This document shows, piece by piece, positions 10,232-19,817 of a stretch of 64,000 nt of DNA; within the stretch, counting starts at the first letter, position 1; every line of letters begins with the position of its first letter. This DNA comes from a virus (lineage: Duplodnaviria; Caudoviricetes), in the IMG/VR virus record IMGVR_UViG_3300019487_000029, positions 1,621 to 65,620 of that record. One strand, written 5' to 3'. The notes beneath the pieces were generated by a model. That model did no database searches, was not told the origin of the DNA, and worked only from the letters and a program-made list of their open reading frames with translations. The position numbers and the translations under genes are program-made.

Positions 10232-10253
10232 GTAAGTACAGCCCTGTAATTGC
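10232..10253 (+). repeat. 22-bp palindrome, site 4
   Basis: GTAAGTACAG-CC-CTGTAATTGC. Confidence 0.9.
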
Positions 10254-10360
10254 TCCTGCCAGCCGGGGTCCGAGATGTGAGTTCGATTATCTCTAAATTG
10301 CTGATCCAATTAGCATGTAAATATACTAGGCTATTTACTGGTTAGTGAGTATTTATCTTT

Positions 10361-11062
10361 ATGCAATGTGGGATTTACAAAATAATCAATAGATTAAATG
10401 GAAATTATTATATTGGCTCGACCAATAATTTCTCAGGTAGATGTGGTAGGAAATATACCCATCGCTACAATCTTACATTAGGAATCCATCCAAACTGTCA
10501 TCTACAAAATGCGTGGAACAAATATGGAGAATCCAATTTTGATTTTGTTTTTATAGAATCAATTGAAGAAGAAAACCTTCTTATTGTCGAGCAACAGTAT
10601 CTTCACATTGCTCAACAGGAGAGTCGTAAATGCTATAATAAGAAGTTTATTGCCGGTGGTGGAGCGTATGGAGAAGTCAGCGAAGCTACTCGCCAGAAGC
10701 AAAGCAAACGTAAACAAGGTCAAAAGAACCCTCGATACAAATCACGCAACTACATGCTTAGACATAAAATGAGCGGGCAACTTTTTAATGGCACACTTTA
10801 TGATTTCGTTCAACTGACAGGTTCATGTAGAAAAGATGTCAACGAACTATTACTATGGGGAATGGCGGATAGTGTGAAGGGATGGATTCCATTGGATGAG
10901 GATGTTAAAGAGAAACGAAGAATAAATAAGAAGCCTCGTAAAAATACTTATGTATTCACCGAAGAGCACAGAAAAAACCTTCGAGAAAATTGGAAGTCTC
11001 GGAAAGTTACTTCTTATTCTCCGGGTGACACTTACACGAACAATCTCGCTTACACCATTTGA
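10361..11062 (+). CDS. GIY-YIG homing endonuclease with NUMOD3-like motifs
   Basis: GIYKIIN..YYIGST; HLQNAWNKYG; SEATRQKQS. Confidence 0.9.
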   Translation: MQCGIYKIINRLNGNYYIGSTNNFSGRCGRKYTHRYNLTLGIHPNCHLQNAWNKYGESNFDFVFIESIEEENLLIVEQQYLHIAQQESRKCYNKKFIAGGGAYGEVSEATRQKQSKRKQGQKNPRYKSRNYMLRHKMSGQLFNGTLYDFVQLTGSCRKDVNELLLWGMADSVKGWIPLDEDVKEKRRINKKPRKNTYVFTEEHRKNLRENWKSRKVTSYSPGDTYTNNLAYTI

Positions 11063-11169
11063 ATTTACGTTTCAACCACAGTCCGAATGCGGGTGAAAGT
11101 AAGATCAATAACCAAAGAATGATGTCATCAAATGGGCAAAGTCCGGGGATAATCGCAATCATGGGATTA

Positions 11170-11658
11170 CTATACAATCTCCGTTTTCTTTGTCAACCAG
11201 TAAATGCGAAAACCTGCACATTCATGGTACAGCGGCAGACCGAGCTTTCTCACACGTCCTTGATACGTTCCTCGGCTACTTCTTCCCCACCCGTTCTTGG
11301 GACGATCATTGCGGACGGAGATGTAAGCCAATCCTTTGGGTTTGAGGCGTTTCTGGATGTCCCGCAAGACTTTCAATCGCTCTTCTTGGGGGAGCACGCA
11401 GAGGACGTAATTGCAAATGATGATGTCATATTGGCGTTTGTGCCAAATGGACCACGGGCGATAATGGGGGTCGTAATTGTCCCATGTTCGGAAGTTGATT
11501 GGACCACAGCGACCACAGCCATAATCCAACACTTGAATCCCTAGCTCCTCAAACTGAGCCTCGGTGTAATTGAGGGCGGGGCAGTGTTTCAGCAACCATC
11601 GGGTCGGCACTGGCTTTGTCTTGCGGACGATGGCGGTGAGATGTGACTTATCACTCAT
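11170..11658 (-). CDS. Class I SAM-dependent methyltransferase
   Basis: VLDYGCGR, YDPHY, YDIIICNYVL. Confidence 0.8.
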   Translation of the reverse strand: MSDKSHLTAIVRKTKPVPTRWLLKHCPALNYTEAQFEELGIQVLDYGCGRCGPINFRTWDNYDPHYRPWSIWHKRQYDIIICNYVLCVLPQEERLKVLRDIQKRLKPKGLAYISVRNDRPKNGWGRSSRGTYQGRVRKLGLPLYHECAGFRIYWLTKKTEIV

Positions 11659-11858
11659 CGGAATTTATCCTTCCTTTCACCGAAGACGCCTTATCCCGCC
11701 TCTCTTCACGGTGAGCGTCCAGTTCATGAACTTCCTCTTCAACTTCCCTTCCAGACAGAGGAATCGTACCAAGGGCAAGGAGTTCTTGTTCTTGATGCCG
11801 TTTGGCGATTTCACGAATCATCTTGAGTCTTGCAGCTTTGTCCATAGTAGTTTTTGTT

Positions 11859-12101
11859 TCAGATTGGGTGACACACACCAGAAATTTCACAGGTCCATTG
11901 ATCCTTGTAAGGGTCCACGTCAATGAAGCCTTCAGTCAGCAAATACTTCACGGCATACTGAACCCTTCGAGTCATGTGATCATGCACTTCCGGCGATGCC
12001 ATTTGCATTGGAGCAGCTTTGACATGGACTAGCAAGGAGAAACTTTTCAGAACAGGATTGATGTTAGTCACTTCAACATCTCCTAGAATAAAAGAATTCA
12101 T
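11859..12101 (-). CDS. Hypothetical protein
   Basis: Downstream of minus-strand promoter at about 12135. Confidence 0.55.
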   Translation of the reverse strand: MNSFILGDVEVTNINPVLKSFSLLVHVKAAPMQMASPEVHDHMTRRVQYAVKYLLTEGFIDVDPYKDQWTCEISGVCHPI

Positions 12102-12297
12102 AGCTTTTTATATTGTACGGATTTCACCGAATGGTGTCAAGCTTAAAAGAACGTCCTTTCACCGAATTCCTTCAGTTTTTCTTTGACCGCCTCAATGCCG
12201 ACCTCTTCAATCAATTGAAGCAAGAGTTGTGCCTTCTTGGGTCGTCCTCACCCATCAATCGTTAGCACTCGCTCAAGCTCTTTGACCAAGGTGTCCA

Positions 12298-12516
12298 TTA
12301 TGGAAAGGCAATAATTTCGTAGTCCTGCTTGAATGTCAAGCCTTCGAGACAAACAGTACCGTTCAACACAAAGTTTTCTTTGAATGGGATAGCCTCGACT
12401 TCAGTTCCCGCCGGAAACCAATCCTTGTTCCATTCATCGTATGTGCAGCACCCATCGCCGCAAGTGCGGGTGGACTTCACTTCTGGCTCAACATTTTTTA
12501 GGAATCTTACTATCAC
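12298..12516 (-). CDS. Hypothetical protein
   Basis: Downstream of minus-strand TTGACA at 12546-12551. Confidence 0.55.
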   Translation of the reverse strand: MIVRFLKNVEPEVKSTRTCGDGCCTYDEWNKDWFPAGTEVEAIPFKENFVLNGTVCLEGLTFKQDYEIIAFP

Positions 12517-12606
12517 GAGATGACTATGCAGTCATTGTTGAACAATGTCAATAAAAAAGTATTACTATGTTTCGAGCACGAGGGCTTGCCGGACTTCTCT
12601 CGAAGA

Positions 12607-12628
12607 GTAAGTACATTCCTGTAATTAC
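12607..12628 (+). repeat. 22-bp palindrome, site 5
   Basis: GTAAGTACAT-TC-CTGTAATTAC. Confidence 0.9.
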
Positions 12629-12658
12629 TTTTGATGCTTAAACTTAATATGTATAAAC

Positions 12659-13117
12659 ATGAATTGTAAAAAATGTAATGCACAAATTCCGTATAAGTTA
12701 TTGATAAATGGGAAGATGCGAGTGCTGAATCGGGTTTATTGTTTAATATGTCATCCGTGGAGATCATTTAATAATGTTCCACGAAATAAGTCAGGGAAGA
12801 TATGTGAACGGTGTAATCGGTTAGTGGGAAATGTCCGAGGTCGTTATTGTGCAAGTTGCATAGCAATAATGCACAAACAAAAGAAGAAGCGAACGCTGGT
12901 AGAATACAAAGGAGGGAAGTGTCAGGTATGTGGTTATGATAAATGCATTTCTAATTTATCATTTCACCATAAAAACCCTCACGAGAAAGAAATGAGTATT
13001 TCTACTGCACTTCCATCTCGTGGGATGGATTATCTAAAAAAAGAAGCCGATAAATGCGTTTTGCTTTGTTGTCGGTGCCACGGAGAAGTCCACGACGGAC
13101 TAATTATCTTTTCTTAA
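12659..13117 (+). CDS. HNH endonuclease
   Basis: GGKCQVCGY..FHH..KCVLLCCRCHGEVH. Confidence 0.88.
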   Translation: MNCKKCNAQIPYKLLINGKMRVLNRVYCLICHPWRSFNNVPRNKSGKICERCNRLVGNVRGRYCASCIAIMHKQKKKRTLVEYKGGKCQVCGYDKCISNLSFHHKNPHEKEMSISTALPSRGMDYLKKEADKCVLLCCRCHGEVHDGLIIFS

Positions 13118-13373
13118 ATTCCCTTGAATTGATTTGACCATCAATAGTCAGAAGTCCCTGCTCCTTTGCCAGTTGCGTTGCCGCAAGGTAAGAGTAGGTG
13201 GTGCGATCACCGAATGAATTGCGTACGGGACCGAGGATCGCAAGCTTGTTCGTGTCCACTGGCTTCTTGTCCGTGACGCCCTTTCGCACGACGTTGAACA
13301 TGGTGCGGAAGGCATAAGGGAAGCTCGTGCAGTCAACTTTCTGCACACCGTTTTGAAAAATCCAATTGCTCAT
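13104..13373 (-). CDS. Hypothetical protein
   Basis: ORF with upstream promoter. Confidence 0.6.
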   Translation of the reverse strand: MSNWIFQNGVQKVDCTSFPYAFRTMFNVVRKGVTDKKPVDTNKLAILGPVRNSFGDRTTYSYLAATQLAKEQGLLTIDGQINSREFKKR

Positions 13374-13858
13374 GGAGGATACATTAGCAGAGTTGTCTCA
13401 CCGAGTCAACCATGATTTTTTCGCAAGTTGCTCCAAGAGCCGATTGTTGGCTTCCCATTGTTCAATGGTGATGCCCGTGATGATTTCAATGACGATTTCT
13501 TTCATGGTTTTCATAGTTGTTTCACCGAAGAACTTCTTTGGCCGGGGCATCCACGAATGTAAGGGAATCTCTGCCCTCGTCGAACCCTTCCGTTTTGATC
13601 AGACGGGCATGAACCCGCTCAATAGTGATCGGACGATTGGATTGGAAGACTGTTACGGTTGGTCCGCAGTTGTCAAAGTGAATAATGACGGTCTGCTTGA
13701 ACTTAAATCGTTTTCGTTTCATAATCCCCACGTTACATCTTTATAGAAACTCTGTCAAATGTTTTTTTCTTGTTGACAAAAGAATATGGAAGTGTAAATT
13801 GATTTCGTAACGAGAAGACACTTGACATTCTCCGAAGAACACGTAAAGTAACAACACT

Positions 13859-14098
13859 ATGAGCAAACAAAAGTACCCTCAAACGGCATCAGCTTCAACC
13901 ACTGGTGGGGTCGCACGGTCAACCAAGCGGCAACACTACTCACACGCCAAGGCGGATGCGAGAAAAGATCGCAAGCGTCTGGAAGCCCAGCTTGCCAGTG
14001 AAAAGGCGGCTCAGGTCAAGACCGCCCCGCTGACCAGTGAGCAGAAGGGTGCTAAGGTCGTGAAGAACGCCAAGGCTGCCGTCGCTGCGGCACACTAA
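13859..14098 (+). CDS. Small basic Ala/Lys-rich protein
   Basis: Downstream of tandem TTGACA promoters. Confidence 0.6.
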   Translation: MSKQKYPQTASASTTGGVARSTKRQHYSHAKADARKDRKRLEAQLASEKAAQVKTAPLTSEQKGAKVVKNAKAAVAAAH

Positions 14099-14200
14099 CA
14101 ACAATTTTGCCTCTCGTTCCCATTGCGACTACGTATCGAGGGAGCGGGCGTCTCTGAAAGACGTAACTGCGAAGGGTTTGGCAAACAGCTTTCAAACAAC

Positions 14201-14551
14201 ATGAAGATCACTATCAGCAAAGCCGAAATGCTCCGAGTCATGTCGGAACACTTTCGTATCGAAGTCACCGAAGTTGTTATCTCCAAAAACAACAGTGCCG
14301 TGGTGGATAACTTCCTCACCAAGATGGCAAAGGAGATGGGAACTACCAACATCACCGAAGGAATGTTGGGTGGTGCGAACAAAATCCCCGCTATCAAAGC
14401 CCTCCGCACTGTCACCAGCTACGGACTGGCTGAGGCAAAGTGGGCGGTGGAGAATTGGGGTGCCTACATCAAGGCATACACCAAATTCGGACGCCAGCCC
14501 AAGATTGAAGGGAACTGCATGTCCTACGGAGAAGGACCGAAGCTCCTGTAA
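14201..14551 (+). CDS. Protein with ribosomal bL12 C-terminal-domain-like motif
   Basis: NKIPAIKALRTVTSYGLAEAKWAVE resembles the L7/L12 CTD. Confidence 0.7.
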   Translation: MKITISKAEMLRVMSEHFRIEVTEVVISKNNSAVVDNFLTKMAKEMGTTNITEGMLGGANKIPAIKALRTVTSYGLAEAKWAVENWGAYIKAYTKFGRQPKIEGNCMSYGEGPKLL

Positions 14552-14691
14552 ATTTGGCTGTCAAGTCGTTGTAGCCTAAAGGCTCCGCTTCAGTCATAAG
14601 ACGCCCTCGCTCGACCGTTTCGAGCGGGGGTTTCTGCTTTTCACCGATCATCTTTCCCAATCACCGAACTCCCATCCATTGCCCGGCCTAA

Positions 14692-14713
14692 GTAATTGTA
14701 GTGCTGTAATTAG
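14692..14713 (+). repeat. 22-bp palindrome, site 6
   Basis: GTAATTGTAG-TG-CTGTAATTAG. Confidence 0.9.
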
Positions 14714-14793
14714 TAATGGCCGGGAGGTCCAGACATCTCGGCTCTTCAGAAAATTTCCTCTTGACTTTTTTCTGCCTAACATATAGTTCAGCA

Positions 14794-15030
14794 ATGAATA
14801 AATGGAAATTCGTATCTTTGACGGAAGGCTTTCAGCCGATCCCCGTTGACTCCTTCATGGAGGCTTGGGATGCGATGTTCAAGTGGATCAAGGATGCCGT
14901 TGCCCAAGGTCAGCTTGATTGGCAAATCTTGGAGACTGCCATTTGGATTGAACAACCAAACAGCAAACCACTGTTCTTTTATGACGCTCGTGATCGGGCG
15001 ATTGACAACGGATGGACTGAACCCAAATAA
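14794..15030 (+). CDS. Hypothetical protein
   Basis: After TTGACT promoter at 14761. Confidence 0.6.
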   Translation: MNKWKFVSLTEGFQPIPVDSFMEAWDAMFKWIKDAVAQGQLDWQILETAIWIEQPNSKPLFFYDARDRAIDNGWTEPK

Positions 15031-15039
15031 CTTTTCAAC

Positions 15040-15459
15040 ATGAAATACACCTACCGCTACGACATTCAAGGCAATGGAGATAGCCATTACCTTCACATGT
15101 ATTTTGATCGCCCACTCGCCGCCTCGTCTTTCTATCGTCACAACGATGATGTCAGTCCGAAGGATCGGGAACTCAGCGACGCCATTGCTCACACTCCCAA
15201 TGTCCTCTGCAACGACCAGTTCGCAGGTACGGGTGAGTTGAGTGGGGCTTCTGCGGAACTCATTCACGTTGATGGCACGGCGTTGACGGTCAAAATCGTT
15301 CCTCACCGAAACGTACCCGAAATTGCCAAACAGATTGTCAAGAAGGTGCAGCGTCGTTTGGCTCCCAAAGAATCTCGCCGCCGAGTCCTCAAAGCGACGT
15401 TGGACGCTTATGTGAAGCGTCTCAACGAACGCACTTACGGCAAACCCCGTAATACGTAA
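15040..15459 (+). CDS. Hypothetical protein
   Basis: ORF followed by terminator. Confidence 0.65.
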   Translation: MKYTYRYDIQGNGDSHYLHMYFDRPLAASSFYRHNDDVSPKDRELSDAIAHTPNVLCNDQFAGTGELSGASAELIHVDGTALTVKIVPHRNVPEIAKQIVKKVQRRLAPKESRRRVLKATLDAYVKRLNERTYGKPRNT

Positions 15460-15568
15460 GCCTCTCCGTCAGGAGTTAAGGCAAGTCGTATCCACGAAAG
15501 CCCGGAGCAATCCGGGCTTTTTGCTTTTCACCGATCATCACCGAACTCGTGGTCCTCTTCCGGGCAGG

Positions 15569-15590
15569 GGAATTATAGTCCTGTAATTAG
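15569..15590 (+). repeat. 22-bp palindrome, site 7
   Basis: GGAATTATAG-TC-CTGTAATTAG. Confidence 0.9.
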
Positions 15591-15672
15591 TCTCCTGAAA
15601 AGCCGGGTGATGTCGAGGTCTCGAAGTGAAATAGTTGTTGACAAAAGTATAATAAAGACTAGAGTGAAATAC

Positions 15673-16632
15673 ATGAGTCATGCTATTTTAAGAATGTTTC
15701 AAGGGGCAATCGCCTTTATCGGACCTGAAACGGAGGTTCGTCGGGCAGACTTACTTGTCAACAAGTGGGATGCCATTCACACCAAGGTACAAACCATCTT
15801 TGATGATGGGCTGACCTATTGCAATCACTGCATGAGTCTGTACATCCAACACGATGCTTCGTGCTGGCGTGATATGGAAGACTTGTTTCGTCGCACCAAA
15901 CTTCAAGGCAAGACTGCGAAGACTATTCGGAAGAAAGCCGATTACTTCACCAAGCACTTTTGGAAAGTCCTTCATCGTCACCCCGATCTCGCCAAGATCG
16001 AGCGAGAAAACGATTTCAAGAATGGCACGCCTTGGGATGAACAGTTTCGGGTTGACTCTTCGCTCTGCATCTGGTGGATGAATTACTACTTCGCCACACA
16101 CGATGCGGAACTCAACGTCCCTCCCTTTCCTCTCTACACGGTGGAGGAAGATCATGCAAAAATCCTCGCTAATGCCAAGAAACTTGAACGGAGGATGAAA
16201 GGGAATCGCAAGGAACCCAAGTTCACCATCAAGGCAAGTGAGGTAAAGTTGGAAGTTCAAGCTCGTGATGACTGTTGGATCAAGTTTGAATGGGATGACC
16301 TTTCCAATGCGTGTGAATTGATGGGCTTGTTTGAAACGAGCGGGTGGACTGCACGGGATGGAACTCATTACGACCATACCAAAGCTCCTCGGAAGAAACT
16401 CAACAAGATGTTTCCTCATGCCGAGATTGAGTGCATGGATACGCCCTCAAATCTTTACGGGGACACGAACAATTGGTTTTACGTGTACTTCCATTGGAAG
16501 CCCGAACACTTCTCGTGGGCACAAGTCCGTAAAGCTGAACGGGCTATGAAAGAACTCGTGGTGCCCCGCCTCGGCACGTTTCGTCCGGCAGACAAGCCCA
16601 AGAAATATCAAGTGGTGACGTTGAAATTCTAA
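15673..16632 (+). CDS. Hypothetical protein
   Basis: Long ORF after TTGACA(15638)-N16-TAGAGT. Confidence 0.75.
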   Translation: MSHAILRMFQGAIAFIGPETEVRRADLLVNKWDAIHTKVQTIFDDGLTYCNHCMSLYIQHDASCWRDMEDLFRRTKLQGKTAKTIRKKADYFTKHFWKVLHRHPDLAKIERENDFKNGTPWDEQFRVDSSLCIWWMNYYFATHDAELNVPPFPLYTVEEDHAKILANAKKLERRMKGNRKEPKFTIKASEVKLEVQARDDCWIKFEWDDLSNACELMGLFETSGWTARDGTHYDHTKAPRKKLNKMFPHAEIECMDTPSNLYGDTNNWFYVYFHWKPEHFSWAQVRKAERAMKELVVPRLGTFRPADKPKKYQVVTLKF

Positions 16633-16667
16633 TTGACAAAAGGATACAAAAGGCATACTGTCACTCC

Positions 16668-16967
16668 ATGAACGCAGCCAAAAAAGCAAAGATGGATAAA
16701 GAGCTTGAGGTAGTGGCTTTGGAAGCCGTGTTGAAGCACAAGAAGTCCAAGCTCTACGCCAAAGTTAATCACGAGGACAATTTCTCCTTGGTCATGGCTC
16801 CGGTGGCTCGTGATGCCATTATGGAGGAACTCGGCTTGCTGGATACCGCCGATGACGTGGACTGGATCAATGAAATGTGCCGCAAGCCGTATGGCAAGTC
16901 CGTTGACTATCTCGATGCTTTCGCCCGCAATGTCAGTCGCACTGCATATCAACAACTCAGAGCATGA
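16668..16967 (+). CDS. Hypothetical protein
   Basis: After TTGACA at 16633. Confidence 0.65.
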   Translation: MNAAKKAKMDKELEVVALEAVLKHKKSKLYAKVNHEDNFSLVMAPVARDAIMEELGLLDTADDVDWINEMCRKPYGKSVDYLDAFARNVSRTAYQQLRA

Positions 16968-17653
16968 AACTTTCCTTCAAACAACTTGAAAAGCGGTTCA
17001 CCCCAATGCCAACGTATCGGGTGAACATCCCGTGGGATCACCTTGAGGAGAATTTGCAGCGGTACATTGACCGTGGTTCGAACGGCACTGCTGCACTTGA
17101 TTTGGAACCCGACTTCCAACGTGAGCACGTATGGACTCCTGAGCAGCAAGTCAAGTATGTGGAGTACATCCTTTCGGGCGGCATGAGCGGAAGGGAAATC
17201 TACTTCAATTGCGTGGGGTGGATGAAGGATTGGAAGGGACCATTCGTGATTGTGGATGGGAAGCAGCGGCTTCATGCGGCTCGGCTCTTCATGGATAACA
17301 AACTTCAAGTGTTTGGAAAAAAGGTTGAAGTTAAACCTTGCATGTTAGCCCCGATGGGAGGAGAAGAAATCCAAGATGGGTACTTCCGCAAGGACATTGA
17401 GGGTCGCCTCTCACTCAACGCCCAATTCATCTTTGCGGTGAACGACCTGAAGACTCGTGCTGAAGTCCTCAAATGGTATTTGGAGATGAACACGGGTGGA
17501 ACTCCTCACACGGCAACGGAAATCGCACGGGTCAAGAATCTTCTCACGAGTGAAGCTCCTCAAATGCCTCACTGCCCCATGTGCAAAGGCGAAGTGGAAT
17601 TAGATGGAAGTGGTGGATACAACTGCTTCTTCTGCGGTCACTCCTTCAAGTAA
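16964..17653 (+). CDS. DUF262 (ParB/Srx-like, GmrSD N-terminal) protein with C-terminal Zn ribbon
   Basis: PDFQREHVW, IVDGKQRL; CPMC..CFFC. Confidence 0.8.
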   Translation: MKLSFKQLEKRFTPMPTYRVNIPWDHLEENLQRYIDRGSNGTAALDLEPDFQREHVWTPEQQVKYVEYILSGGMSGREIYFNCVGWMKDWKGPFVIVDGKQRLHAARLFMDNKLQVFGKKVEVKPCMLAPMGGEEIQDGYFRKDIEGRLSLNAQFIFAVNDLKTRAEVLKWYLEMNTGGTPHTATEIARVKNLLTSEAPQMPHCPMCKGEVELDGSGGYNCFFCGHSFK

Positions 17654-17746
17654 AATCACCGAATTCACCGATCAGAAGCCCGGATTTCTCCGGGCTTTTT
17701 TGTTTTTCACCGACCAGAAAGCCCGGACATTTGATGTCCGGCTGGA

Positions 17747-17768
17747 GGAATTACAGGACTAGAATTAG
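17747..17768 (-). repeat. 22-bp palindrome, site 8 (inverted)
   Basis: Reverse complement CTAATTCTAG-TC-CTGTAATTCC. Confidence 0.9.
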
Positions 17769-17793
17769 TATCGAGATGGCCGGCTCTTCGAAA

Positions 17794-18372
17794 TCACAAG
17801 AACATGTTGGGCAACTTGCCAAGGAAGTTCTCCAGACTTTGGAATGGACCGAGTGGCTGACCCTTTTTCTCTTTCTTATCAACCTTCGGCTCTCCCGAAG
17901 AGAGCTTGTAAGTCACTACACCATCTTGAATTACGAAGAGTGCTCGGAACGACCATCCTGTTATGTGGGTATTCTTCTTGAACCCCATTGCATCCATAGG
18001 AAGAGAACCAAACCTCTTCTTGTTGGTGGACTCAATGATCAGTTCGTATCCCTTGCAACAGTCCTTGGCTTTCAAGCACTCCAAGATGTCGCTCGGCAAA
18101 TCTTCTTTGGTAATGGATTGGCTTGGGAAGAACCTCTGAAGCACATCAAGGTATGTGAGAACTTTGATGTTGGGACTATGAAGTGGATCGAACCCCATCA
18201 CCGAAAGGTTACTGACAGTGGTCACATGAGGAATGACTTGCTCGAACGACGCCAACGCCTCCTCATAACTCCTCCATTTGTTGTCGGGGGAGACTCGTTC
18301 AGTTGGGAGGAGAGACTGACAGCCGGTGGTCAGAAGGACCAAGAGCATGAGGAGCGATAAAAGCGTCTTCAT
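17794..18372 (-). CDS. Putative lipoprotein
   Basis: Signal peptide with lipobox-like LTTGC. Confidence 0.75.
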   Translation of the reverse strand: MKTLLSLLMLLVLLTTGCQSLLPTERVSPDNKWRSYEEALASFEQVIPHVTTVSNLSVMGFDPLHSPNIKVLTYLDVLQRFFPSQSITKEDLPSDILECLKAKDCCKGYELIIESTNKKRFGSLPMDAMGFKKNTHITGWSFRALFVIQDGVVTYKLSSGEPKVDKKEKKGQPLGPFQSLENFLGKLPNMFL

Positions 18373-18443
18373 AGAATGGATTACCCCTAATAAATATAGT
18401 GAAATCAACCGTTTCACCGATCACCCGGCCTCCTGAAGAGCGA

Positions 18444-18465
18444 GTTTTTATAGTCCTGTAAATAC
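18444..18465 (+). repeat. 22-bp palindrome, site 9
   Basis: GTTTTTATAG-TC-CTGTAAATAC. Confidence 0.8.
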
Positions 18466-18657
18466 TAGCCGGGCGTGCTCTTCGGATGTCGGTCTCGAAC
18501 AGCCAGTTGTGAATGAATCTTTTAGGGGACTTCCCTAATACCTTGGGTAGTAGTGAGTACGAATAAAATAACTTTTGACTTTGTGAACACGAAAGGATAC
18601 AGTAATGACGTAACACTGAAACAGTGAACCGACAATAACAACCAAGAAACAAATCGA

Positions 18658-19242
18658 ATGAAATACACTCAAAAGTTCGCATGGCTCGCCGTGCTCGCCC
18701 TCACCCTCCTCGCCCTCCCCGCTTTCGCTGACAACGACAAGCATGACAAGTGTCACAAGAACCATCGTTGCGACAATCGTTGCCACGGCAACCATCACAA
18801 CAACCACGTCTGCAATGCTCAATGCCACTCGTGCTGCACCGTGACCTTCACCGTGACCAACACCGTCGTTCAGTTCCGCACGAACACGATTCACGTTCCC
18901 GTGTACGAAACGAACATCGTGACGGAAGTCGTGACCAACATCGTTGAGGCGTCTTTGGACGATGCGTCCGTCAACTACACGCTGCTTGAACGTCATCGCT
19001 ACGGCTTTTATGTGTGGAATGGCAAGCGTTGGGCGGCTAATGGTGCCATCATCAGTGCTTCCAATCAAGTCGTTCGCATCAGCGTTCCCGGTTATTTGGT
19101 CCGCCCCACTCCGCTCATTTGGCAGCTTGTGGACGTGACTGCGGGATTCCCTCGTACGGCAGTGCCCGCTGAGGAACCCGTTGCTCTACCGAACCTTTCC
19201 TTCGTGGCGATGAACGGTCGCCTCTATCGGGTGCTCCGCTGA
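18658..19242 (+). CDS. Secreted protein with His/Cys-rich segment and TN repeats
   Basis: Signal peptide ...LPAFA; HDKCHKNHRC...; VTNTVV/ETNIVT. Confidence 0.7.
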   Translation: MKYTQKFAWLAVLALTLLALPAFADNDKHDKCHKNHRCDNRCHGNHHNNHVCNAQCHSCCTVTFTVTNTVVQFRTNTIHVPVYETNIVTEVVTNIVEASLDDASVNYTLLERHRYGFYVWNGKRWAANGAIISASNQVVRISVPGYLVRPTPLIWQLVDVTAGFPRTAVPAEEPVALPNLSFVAMNGRLYRVLR

Positions 19243-19338
19243 TTCACCGATTCCCCTCCCCGCCCCCCCGCTCGCAAGAGTCGGGGGTTTTTTGTTTTTA
19301 TCCCTTGACATTATTATACAAAAGAGTAGATTGCTCAC

Positions 19339-19593
19339 ATGGCACAAGTAAAAATCAATTTCCCTAGTGACGCAGCGGCAAAGGAGTTTTGCACTTGGCT
19401 CTGTGAGCAAGGCGAGCAAGACTATTGGGGTTGGATGGAAATCTGCGATCCATCCAAGGAGAAGACGGTTGTCTTCAAGTATCACGCTCCATTGGACATG
19501 AGCTTCCCGCAAGACGACAAACGCAGATACAAAAACGCCACGTTCTGCCCTAACTTTGAAATCGGCACTAACCTTTACAACTTCACTGAATGA
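19339..19593 (+). CDS. Hypothetical protein
   Basis: After TTGACA at about 19305. Confidence 0.65.
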   Translation: MAQVKINFPSDAAAKEFCTWLCEQGEQDYWGWMEICDPSKEKTVVFKYHAPLDMSFPQDDKRRYKNATFCPNFEIGTNLYNFTE

Positions 19594-19784
19594 AAACCGC
19601 CCTTGCACTAACGGCTCAACGATTTGAATCTGCGAGTCATCGCACTGAAGAATACCTTTCATGGCATCGCAATTTCAAGCGAGCCTTCACCAAGTTCCTC
19701 ACCGAGAAAGGAGCCAAGGACATCTTCCGGGCAAGTAATTATAGTCCTGTAATTCCCTTGGCCGGACATCAGCCCGGTCAATGA
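19590..19784 (+). CDS. Hypothetical protein, possibly truncated at palindrome site 10
   Basis: ORF reads through the palindrome and its GC-rich flanks. Confidence 0.5.
   Translation: MKTALALTAQRFESASHRTEEYLSWHRNFKRAFTKFLTEKGAKDIFRASNYSPVIPLAGHQPGQ
19735..19756 (+). repeat. 22-bp palindrome, site 10
   Basis: GTAATTATAG-TC-CTGTAATTCC. Confidence 0.9.
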
Positions 19785-19817
19785 GGAACTCCTCCCCGAA
19801 CCAAGCGGATGGGACTT

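Noticed and set aside
5962-18360. Long overlapping opposite-strand ORFs (e.g. 5962-6573, 8425-9006, 15751-16419, 17581-18360)
   Set aside because: Shadow ORFs of better supported genes that have their own promoters and terminators.
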